The position numbers and the translations under genes are program-made. Positions 31,696 to 41,888 of a DNA stretch of 41,888 nucleotides are shown here, in pieces. The notes beneath the pieces are model-generated. The model ran no database searches. It had not been told where the DNA came from and was given only the letters and a program-made list of their open reading frames with translations. How positions within the stretch are numbered: the first letter of the stretch is position 1; each line of letters opens with the position of its first letter. This DNA comes from Collodictyon triciliatum (lineage: Eukaryota), in NCBI GenBank assembly GCA_043381765.1, contig JBHJMP010000381.1, positions 1 through 41,888 on the forward strand. The letters run 5' to 3'.

Positions 31696-31992
31696 CTAGG
31701 TTGTGAGTCCCAGGATATCATCCAGCTCCTTGAGCCGCGCCTGGCCTGTGGCAATCATGTTTCGCATGCGATTCAGATCGACCGTCTGCCTCCCGTCGTC
31801 TCCAGTCTTCTGGATGTGCGAAGCCGGCGGGAACTCGTCTCTGATTTGTCGCTGCAGTTCGTTTGCAAGATCGGGCCGCGACTTCTTCAACGGGCGGAGT
31901 CTCTTGAGCGCCGAGCGGTAGAGTTGCAGGGCCTGCGAGCGTTGCAGAAAGAACTGGAGAGGCAGGGCGTTTGAAGCGAGGCGCTTGCTCAT
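31696..31992 (-). CDS. LYRM2: LYR motif-containing protein 2-like (mitochondrial), intronless, 98 aa
   Basis: LPLQFFLQRSQALQLYRSALK...IRDEF...MRNMIATGQARLKELDDILGL matches the recalled LYRM2 pattern (LTLKQFVRRQQVLLLYR...AREEF...IRMMITQGNMQLKELEKTLAL). Confidence 0.85.
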   Translation of the reverse strand: MSKRLASNALPLQFFLQRSQALQLYRSALKRLRPLKKSRPDLANELQRQIRDEFPPASHIQKTGDDGRQTVDLNRMRNMIATGQARLKELDDILGLTT

Positions 31993-32122
31993 GGCTATTT
32001 GGCCTGGGGTGAGTTGGCCTTGTGTGTTGCAGGTGTTTCTGCTCCAGGAAAAAACGGGTTTCTTCGTATGTGTGTTTGCTTCTTTTCTTTCTTTACTTTC
32101 GTTCTTTCATTCAACTTTTTCT

Positions 32123-35100
32123 CTATTCATCTGCTGTTTCAGTGTGTTGTGGAAGCAAAGTATTTCTCGTTGTCTGGGATGCAAGTGCTGCAGGGTTTAT
32201 GGCTTGGCGAGTGACTAGACATATCGGTGGCGGAGGTTTGGGAGGCTGGGAAAGGAGAAGACGAAAGGGTAGGCTATTGGGACGCAGCGACTTCAGCGGG
32301 CTAGTTGAGCGAAATGGAGGGGAAGTATTCTGTCCTGGGAACACAAACCAATAGATGCAGTCAGAGAAATAAGAATAAAATGAAGGAGCTCAAGTATATG
32401 GTAGGGCACAAGCTAGTAATCGAACATGATGCTGTGGAACCCGTCGGTGGGTAATATTGGAAGAAACAGGGAATGTGGCATACTTGGAAGCGAGAGCATC
32501 TCGTTTTCCTCCGATGGTGGTGTTGGCTCTTTTCGTTGGTGTGATGGATGGCATCTGGTGAAATGTTGGGTCTTGTGAGATAATTCGATTCGAATAAAGT
32601 ATAAACAGATGGCTGCCTCTTAACGCAGGCACACATGATGCATTGTCATAAATTTTACTTGACCATGGAATACCTTATCACTCTTAAGTTTTGATAAGTT
32701 GGACGATTTCGCTTGAGATTTAGATTGATGAGACTTTGGAATCTCCAAAGTAATATCAAGCTGATTGTGTTTCAATTGGTGGACCAGATTCATCATGACC
32801 TAGAGTGGTTTGCAGTCCCAGTTTTAAAGGGGAGCAAAGAGAAACAACAGTGACTTCAACCCAGAAAAAACAAATAAATGTTTGGGCGGTTTAAATGTAT
32901 CCAGAAAGATAGAATGTTGACCGACAAAATGAAGTAACAAAAAAAAAATCTAATGAAATAAAAGTGCCTGTTCAAATATTGAGGATGAAAGTTTCTTTTC
33001 TAGTTCGATGCGGCCTTCGTGTCTGAACATCTTTAGATTTACTACCTTAAATGGTTATCTCTTTGAGTTTGCATTTATACGTGAAGAAAGTGCGGCAGGA
33101 AACGCAAGCGTGAACCGCTCGTCCTGCTCTTAAAATCTTGTTTATATTTCATCTCTGTTAGAGATAAATGCAAAGTGATATGGGTATTGTTGATTCAACC
33201 GTATGCAGCCGCTGTAGGCGCTGTATAACTTGGTTCAATAGATTCTTCAACTGCTCCCCAGAGTCAAATTCCACTAGATAAAAGCAATATCCGAGAATAT
33301 CAGGCTCCATTCCGATTTGACAAGACTCCCCATAAATAATTGAATTGGATAAACTATAATGCAGTTTTCTACAATCAGACACCTATAACCAGAAGCTTGT
33401 GGAAACTTACTGACACCGTAGAACTTTGTTAGAACAGTTTGAATCTGTGAGGCCATCTAAAAAGTTGCAGTCCACATAATATACAAGTTAAAATTGAATA
33501 AATTGCGCAACAAGGTGAAAAAATTCCATATATAAAAAGAGAAGAAATGGAACAAAAAAAACTTAACCATTGATTTTTTAAAGGAGAATAAAATCATATA
33601 CATGGACTGTTGGCTGCGATTTTCCATCTTTTGTAGTATTCATTTGCTCATTTGCATTAACAGACCCAGCCACTATATTTACAATTTGTGCAAGCACATT
33701 GTTACAAGTGATAGTCAATCTTTCTCATTGGCATCCGCACTTTAATATTTCAAGTATCGCGTTCAATACCATGAGAAGCGCATCGATTTTGGATGATAAA
33801 CACCGCTAACCTATTCTTGACATTCCCTCGTTCAACACAGTTTGTTCAGAACTCATTCCATTTCCGCAAGTGTCCGTATCAAGTGCCTTGGTTACAGTCT
33901 TTGGTCTATTGCCGTTCTCTTCGGCGATTTCATCCAAAAACCCATCATCTCCATTGTCATATTCATCACCAGCTTCGGCATCAGCCCCTTCAGTGTCTCT
34001 GGTGCCATCTGTAAGCATTCCTAACGGTGTCGGTGAAAGTAGTTCTTGTTGGTCCAAAATCCTAATATAAACCCTCTTAATAGTTTTTTTCCAAACAGGA
34101 ATATACTTTTTTTTATGTTCCGACTATATGATGTATTCATGCAAAATCAGAAGACAATATGCTCTCTGTAAGCCTAGGTATGACATCACTACATTTTTTG
34201 CCCTGCAGCCGGCTTTGGAGTTGTTGCTTTCGGGCGATGGATACCATTTTGTTCTTCAGGTATGGCCTCCTCCTTCAGCGGTGCAGGTGTGAGGCTGCGA
34301 CTTTGGCTCATGTCTGATTTTGTATTTGATAATTCGGTGCTGGGATGATTGAATCAGGACGAATTAGTATACAAGAAACTCGTACAAATAATCAAAGTTT
34401 AAGTCGCCACACCTTGTCACAGGGCGACTAGCATCACGACTGTGAACGGCTGTTTGTGGTGTTTCCTGTCTCTTATTTCCTGCTTTCTTCATAGCTTTTT
34501 TTTTTTTTTTTTGCACACAAGATAGTAATAAGCTTGGTATGTATGAAACTAAAATAATACTTTATTTCTTGTTTTCCCACTTTCTTGTGTCATGAAAGGA
34601 TTGGTATTTCTTGTTACTTGGTGACTCAGCAACAACCATAAAAGGTTCGGATGGAGCTGCGAATCCAACAGTTCCGTCAAAGCTCTCTTGAATTTCATTG
34701 AGAATTTGTGAAACGAGGATGGCACGGAAGTTGGTTGTTCTAAATTTAAAGCAGTTACGGACTATAGTTGCTTCAATCATTGTATTAACGATATTTAGAA
34801 AGATAAACGCAGGATAAAAAAATCAACATGTAGCGATTGGAAATCGAAAATTACCCGGCTATTTCAACATCTGATATACCCGAAACTAGCTCATCCTTGT
34901 TGACCTGTTAGTTATACAATCCAAACAAAAACATTCAACTTCGATAAAAAAAAATTAATTTTTTTTTAAAGAAATATTGCTGGTGATGTATTATGACAGG
35001 ATGTAAAGTGTTCGAAGGCATAAAATAAGAAGCACTTTTTTAGGCACTTGCTCGCTTAAGAATGCCATTTCAGAGTCATATATTTCAAACTTCTCATTGC

Positions 35101-38100
35101 AATGGTCTGACAACATCTTCAGCTCCTGATAAAATCCCGAGTTAGAAGTGGTAATAAATATCTTAAATTAGGGAATACTATGAGAGTTGGAGAAAAACCT
35201 TAAAGCAACGATTTGTTTGTCGCGCAATGTCTTCCCTGACTCTTTCATAGAGTTTCTCATAAATTGTATTTTTATGCTGAGCAGACTCTTCCTTCAACAC
35301 ACCAAACTGCGCAGACAGGTCTGTAAACCATGTATTCGTTCTGGATTGAAGTCCTCCGAGCTAGTAACATTTGTTGAATGAAAAAGAAATAGGAAATGAA
35401 ATTAAAGTAATAATAAATTAAGCAAAAGCAAAGAATAAGAATAAGAATAAGAATAAGAATAAGAAAAAGATTAAAAAAGAATAAAAAAGAATAAGAAAAA
35501 GAGAAAGGAAAAAGAAAAAGAAAATGAGAATCAGTTTATTGTTACGGGAGTAAAATAGGAGCATTCATTTCTAAAACAGGAGGATACATCGAACCTTGTT
35601 ACTTAGATCAGTGCAGATGGTTTGGAGTTCAGGAATGCGTGTATCACTTAAAATCTCAGTCATTTGGGTTTGAAGGACCTTTAAAGAGTTTCCCTGCGTT
35701 TCTGTCAACCTCTTCACTTCTCTAAATTCATCTTTCATATCCAGCGATTCCATCTGGATAACATCAATAATAGTTTGTCTCTAGATATATGGTCCTTTGG
35801 ATGTGTAAAATTAATCAATTTGAAATATTGCTAAAAAAAAATACCTTTTCCTTCATAGTGTGAATTTGAAAGGATTGTCTGTCCATGTTTGCTTGTTTTT
35901 TTGACAAATCGATATGAATATCCGCAATCTGATGCTCAAATCTTGATATCACTTCCTTTAAATCTTGGTCACGGGCTCGATTCTCTTTAGCGAGCTAGAT
36001 TTTCATTTTCGTATCTCATTGTTGCCTCATAAAAAAGCAATAAAAATACAACGTGCGTTGATTCAAAAAAAGAAAAGGAAAAGAAGGGAAATTAAATTGG
36101 TTTGTAAATTACTGCCGCTTGTTTCTTGCCATTTCTTGGGGATGGGGAGCCCAACAGCGAAGACTGTCCGAGTAAACCTCCCCCAAGAGTCGAATCACCA
36201 TCGCTAATACCATCCTTTCCTTTTACACGAATTACCTACGATTTGATAGGGATAAATAAGCGCATAATAATTTTACAAAATGAAAAATAATCGTTTTCAT
36301 CAAACAGAGAAAATGGAAAAATAAATTAAAATAAAACAAAAAAGGAAAAGAAAAACAACAGCAAATGAACATAAAACAAAACAAAAAAGAAAAAGAGAAA
36401 AAACAGCGAAAGAAAGAAAAGGCATATCATGTATTGAATACCGTATCACCCATTCGAAGACCCATGATTTGTTGTTCGATTTCTCTCACTTTCACAGTGA
36501 GAATAGATATCTCATCATGTTGTGTTTGGGTTAATGATTGCAAATCCTAGAATATACAAATTCATGTTTTAGTTCGCAACAGCTGTTTTACTCAGTCAAC
36601 GAAGATTGTTTTTGGCCACCTTATATTTTAAAAAAAAGGCCGTATATTTTACAACTAAGGACCGAAATAGTGAAACATCAACCTTGACATTATTGTCCAG
36701 GGAGCGAATCATCTTGGTATGGCGTTTCATTGTACTAAGCGACGATTTTATAAACCCATACAGGTCTTTGAATCCTGAAAAAAACTTGCTAGGCATGTCA
36801 CCCCCATCGTCACCTTCTTCTCTGTTTTATGAAATAACACAGTGATTATGATCTTTACCAATACTACTATACTGACACGATTTCAGATGCATCAGAAAAT
36901 GGAGACAAACTCTGCATTTCTTCCGCTCCCGTGCCTTTCGGATTCATCGCCCTAAAATCGAGGACAAAAATTAAAATATAAGAATCAAGATATCAAAGAA
37001 TTATTGAGATGGAGGTATTTTAAACATAGCAAGAGAAGAAAATGCAGGATAAGATTACCCACATAGTCTAAATTAGCGCTTTCCATTCGAGAAGATAATT
37101 GATCTAACAATGAAAGGGATGTTACACCCGGTCTCTGAAAAATACTTGTTAAAATCACAAGGAGAGACAAATAAAGAACTGTGGATGACCTTGTGACGAC
37201 TCCGAAGTCTTGATTTGAGGAAAGCTATGATTCTGCAAGGTACTCATCAATGAAGAGAAAGAGTGATATAAAGCTGATAGATCGCGAATAAACTTGACAC
37301 ATATATCGCGATTTGTGTTATTGACGGCTTGAAAGAAAGAAGGGAATAATACTTTAGAAAATAAAAGTGATGAAAGTTGATACACATCTAGATCACGGTA
37401 GGGTCTGATGGACTCAGTAAACATAAGATGATTATCTTTCAATGCAATTACAGGGACTCTGCCGTCCACGCTCATGCGTTGCCTCGACACAGTGGGTGAT
37501 GTGCTTTGTGTTTGAGGCTGTGGCGATGGTGTCGGTGGATTCCCTGCAGCTCCGCCAGATGACTATGTAATGTATATTTATAGTTAAAATGCAAGAATGG
37601 GAAAATAAGGAGGCATGTTTCTCGCAAATAAAACAGAGAATTCCAAGATGCTACAGCCCATGCAAACAAAAATACAAAGAGGACAAGAACATAGACGAAG
37701 CATAACTGGCCATGAAAAAAAGTAGAAAGAGAGATAAAGAGGGATATAAAGATGATGACAATCAAACGAACAATTTTAAGTATCAAAGCCAACGCTGAGG
37801 ATCAAAAAAATATTCATAAAAAGAAAAACACAATAAGCTTCTAAGGATAGTATCCCCCACCTAGCATAAAATACATAAAACATAAAACATAAAATAAAAG
37901 TAAAAGTAAAAAATAAAAATAAGAATAAGAATAAAAATAAGAATAAGAATAAAAAATAAGAATACAAAATAAGAATACAAAAAATGCAGCAAGCGCCATG
38001 TTGCATACCTTCCCTGCAGCCGAGGGAAACTCATACTTCACAGAGCCTGTGTTGAGCTCCTGTCGCAGTTTGCGGATGTCATACTTTTCGTCCTTCTTCA

Positions 38101-38113
38101 CAGGATCAGACAT
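32123..38113 (-). CDS. Uncharacterised multi-exon coiled-coil / disordered protein (>20 exons); start and last exons uncertain
   Basis: Phase-consistent exons: MSDPVKKDEK...AAGK|SSGGAAGNPP...|...KRHTKMIRSLDNNVK|DLQSLTQTQHDEISILTVKVREIEQQ...|LAKENRARDQDLKEVISRFEHQIADIHIDLSKKQ...|MESLDMKDEFREVKRL...|...LKNLLNQVIQRLQRLHT|VVNLKMFRHEGRIELEKKLSSSIFEQ|VMMNLVHQLK. Heptad-like segments, no family recognised. May start further upstream (about 38360) and end at 32123 or 32301. Confidence 0.75.
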
Positions 38114-38589
38114 CCAAGCATGTAAGTATTGACCTGCGCTGTAGCGAGCAATTAGGAGCAGTCTCAGGCAACTCGTCTCTGCTTCCCGAGCACAAATCAG
38201 GGCCTGCAAAGCCCGTGCGTGAAAGGAAACCGATGTGTGTTTTTGACATCGGCTGTAGCCGTTGGCTTGTTGGAGGGTACGACCGCTGATACCATAAATG
38301 GAACTTCAACGGATATTATTTCCAAATCTGGAATATTTCTAATCTGGGGTTGCTTTCGTTCTGGCGTTCTGGCAATCGTGATTAGACGCACCAGAAAGGA
38401 ATTAAGTGGATAGCAAAGGCTGAGCAGAGGCAAAAATTGTAAGGATTGTTTTTTTTTAAAATTCATGATAGACTTAGCTGTTGGCGCCCGTGCCAACAAT
38501 CTTTTTTCCAACCACCAAGCAAGTATTCCGAGGTGAAAAGAGAAAGTGATGGCGGGTGTGCCATCAGGGGAGTATGGAGATGGGGAATA

Positions 38590-38593
<4 letters not shown>

Positions 38594-38665
<72 letters not shown>

Positions 38666-38951
38666 NNNNNNNNNNNNNNNNNNNNNNNNNNNNNNNNNNN
38701 NNNNNNNNNNNNNNNNNNNNNNNNNNNNNNNNNNNNNNNNNNNNNNNNNNNNNNNNNNNNNNNNNNNNNNNNNNNNNNNNNNNNNNNNNNNNNNNNNNNN
38801 NNNNNNNNNNNNNNNNNNNNNNNNNNNNNNNNNNNNNNNNNNNNNNNNNNNNNNNNNNNNNNNNNNNNNNNNNNNNNNNNNNNNNNNNNNNNNNNNNNNN
38901 NNNNNNNNNNNNNNNNNNNNNCACTGTGTGACTGGAGATCAGACATGTGAG

Positions 38952-39017
<66 letters not shown>
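38594..39017. repeat. (GA)n microsatellite tracts either side of a 256-N gap (38666-38921)
   Basis: Directly visible at 38594-38665 and about 38954-39017. Confidence 0.95.
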
Positions 39018-39018
<1 letters not shown>

Positions 39019-41834
39019 ATAAGAGAGAAGCCCTCCACCGCGAGAACACCAACACAATACAAGACGGATTGAGCCACAAGAGGACTCAGGCTGAAATCAA
39101 CTGGAAAGGAACTGACCAAGGAGACGAAAACAAGGGGTGGGAGCGCGACTTAGCGAGCCTACAAATGGCAAAACCGAACTCAGAGGAAGAAGTACTACAC
39201 CTAAGAAGGCGCGAAACTGAAGTTGGGTGGAATAAATAAGTATCACCCTCATCCTAATAAATGGAAACATTAGAATGAGCAATAAGGAAGTTTTTTAAAA
39301 GACAGTGTAAGACTTCCCCTCTACCCAAGGACTGAGCGATTCAGAAGTCTGGAGGATTAAAAAAAAAATACCAATGGATTAAGAAGACAGAGTACCAAGT
39401 AGGAAACGCAGCGCAGCCTCAGGCCCCGCAGAACACAATCCCAAAGGAATAACGAGTTCAAGACTAACGACGGGGCCAGAGGCCGACAAAGGACCCAGCC
39501 TGGCGGAACCAGAGACACTGCAGCCCAAACCCAACCCAAGCCCGAACCCGAGCCACGAGGACCAGGAAGAACGAGAACTCAACGGCAACAAGCCGCTGGA
39601 GTGCTTTGAACGAGAACATCCCAATAAGGATTCGCATCGGTGCTCAACCAAAAGTTGAGAGTTCGAAATCAGGGAGAAGGAATGAGGCAGAGGATGAGAC
39701 ACCACTGACACTGCACAATCTAGCCCAAGGAGTCATAGCAAAAAAAAAAAAAAAAAATAAATACAAATACGACGGCGAAATAGCAGCGAAGCTTAGAGAG
39801 TGTTTTCAAAAAAAAACCCTGGAAGAGGGAAAGCACGTAGTTATAGAGAACAGGAAGAAAACTTATGGAACCCCAAGGCAGAATATATATAAAAAAGGAT
39901 TACCTACGGGAGATAGATTTCCAGATTGGAGAGTACCTTAAAGTCAAAGTAATTGGGAAATTAGACCACCACATTAGTACATACGACATGTAATGACCAG
40001 CTAACTTACCAAAGACTCAGCGAAAGCAAACCCCAAAGAGTAAACAGGTTGAACCCCCTTAATAATGAGAAACAAAATCTGCTAGAAACTATCCGCATCC
40101 ACACTCCTACTTTTCATCCTGATTATGGAACCTACCACAAGAAAACTAGAATCCAGTGAAGTACTCCAAATAAGCATCAACAAAGAGCAACAAAAAAAGA
40201 ATCTAAGCCACCCGCTATTTGTGGATGACATCAAGCTATATGCAACCGCCAAAGAGCAACTAGGGACATTGCTGGATATTGCAGTCAGCAAACTAAAGAA
40301 AGTAGGGCTTATAATAAAGAGAAATCAGCAACCAACCACCAGACCGACTCACCCCACGCCCAAGAAATTGGACAAGATGGGACATACAGATACCAAGGCG
40401 TCTGCAAAGACCAAGGAAACCAAATAGCAAAAAACGACAAAGATAGGGACACAAAAAGATATGGACAAACGAATCAAAAAACTATGTGCAACAAGCCTAA
40501 ATACTAAACACCTCTTCCAATTAATCAATGAGTTTGCCCTATCAGTACTAAACTACCATATCGGCCTTGTCGACTATATCTTGGACGAATTCAGAGAGAT
40601 GGGCTTAAAAGTAAGAAATATCCTTAGGAGCGAAAAAGTCCACTGTAAAGCTGCGAGCATACAAAGACTCTATCTACCCAGAAATGAATATGGAAGAGGG
40701 TTAGCCAGCATTGAACACAAAGCAGAAATGTTGCTCATAAACTTCTACAGGTAACTAAGCGGCATCTCGATGAACCACAGGAAGACAGTAATCCCCATGA
40801 CGGAGAGAAAAGAAATATCCCCAAACGCACTCAAATTGAGGGAATACTAGCAGCTAAATACCCGAGGCTTGAACTTGACTAGCTTAGTAACGCAGAGCTA
40901 CAAAATGCTCAAGTTCAGCACCCAAAAGGAAGCAACGGTAAGAAAACACTTCACTCCCTATTCTGCAAATCTAGAGGAGAACATCCAAGAGGAAGGCTCC
41001 AATAAATGGCTAACGAACGGAATTAGTTCCCCTACATGCTTTGCCACACAAGATGACAATGTATTCTTCGATAACATAACAAAATGCAACACTTGAAAGA
41101 TACAAAGGAACCTTCCATGCGTAGCAGGAGTACACACTCTAATCTATCACACTTCACCAGAAGCCATAACGAAGTATCCCGATGCATCCACAAGCACCTA
41201 GCCCTCAAATACAACTTCTCGAAAGATAAGAGACCCAAAAGGTACAGAATAGAAAAAAATTAATAGCAAACCAATATGCCACGATACACTCTAACTGCGA
41301 CTTTGGCCCCGAAGTCTGGAAAACCGCTACTATACCTGACTTCGAAGTCCACGATAAGATTCGCATTTCCATACGCCTAATTGATGTAGCAGTAGAAATG
41401 CCAGGAAAGCAAGCCAAAAAAAGAACAAGAGAAAGTGAGTATGCATGAGACCCTAAGGAGAGACCTAGCCAAGAAGCATCATGCAAGAACAGTGGCGCTA
41501 CCATACATCATCTCCTGGGGCTGTAATGTCCCCAAGAAACCCCTGGATATCAGAGGCACCCTAATCATAACTGATAAAGTACACGCGTGTATCCAAAAAG
41601 TGGCAATGAGAGAAACTATGCATATTGTATTTAGAACATCCAACAACGAAAAGGACTGGAAAAAATGGGAATATAGACAAAGATTTAAAATCCAATGGAC
41701 TATCTAGACTTGAAAGCAACTCCATTAACATAGAACCCCTTCAAATCCCACCCTCAGAAGATTCCTTCTGGCCTACTTGCGAGAATCAATTGAAGTCAAA
41801 CTAACACTAGGCAAATGCAAGAATAAAAATAAAA

Positions 41835-41879
<45 letters not shown>

Positions 41880-41888
41880 ATTAAAAAA
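39018..41888 (+). mobile_element. Degenerate non-LTR retrotransposon, RLE type (R4/Dong-like): N-terminal motif, RT remnants, zinc-knuckle remnant, PD-(D/E) endonuclease, poly(A) tail
   Basis: Fragments in colinear order: GLSDSEVWRI (about 39330); LLFILIMEPTTRKL (about 40105); SHPLFVDDIKLYA (40218 region, RT YxDD box); INEFALSVLNY and RLYLPRNEYGRGLASIEH (40461-40754); C-N-T-stop (41085-41096) and RSHNEVSRCIH (41159); IPDFEVHDK...LIDVAV (PD at 41335); PYIISW (about 41500); then poly(A) from about 41821. Many stops, frameshifts and an internal RT deletion. Confidence 0.9.

Noticed and set aside
38197..39239. LS/RE-repeat ORFs spanning the gap
   Set aside because: Artefacts of (GA)n and N runs

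Overview
Eukaryotic scaffold from an intron-rich, mitochondriate, probably unicellular organism (taxon not identifiable from sequence alone). It has two N-gaps (30756-30855, 38666-38921) and A-rich ends. Exon frames were traced by hand in the standard code. Contents: (1) a giant HUWE1/Tom1/UPL1-type HECT E3 ubiquitin ligase on the minus strand (21103 to <203, about 64 exons in the window, catalytic C-lobe off the edge); (2) a divergently transcribed, atypical LYR-motif protein (22448-22960+); (3) a REM+CDC25 RasGEF with an unrecognised N-terminal half (31254-23599, -); (4) an intronless LYRM2-like gene (31992-31696, -); (5) an orphan multi-exon coiled-coil gene (about 38113-32123, -); (6) a decayed R4/Dong-type RLE non-LTR retrotransposon (about 39018-41888, +) abutting a (GA)n tract and ending in poly(A). 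Introns carry many poly(A)-derived microsatellites. I found no clear-cut new multi-gene system. The best leads are the retroelement (microsporidian-like motifs, possible GA-microsatellite target), the odd LYR protein, the apparent loss of HUWE1 UBM motifs, and unusual splice-site architecture (duplicated donor, lax signals, a GC-AG candidate).
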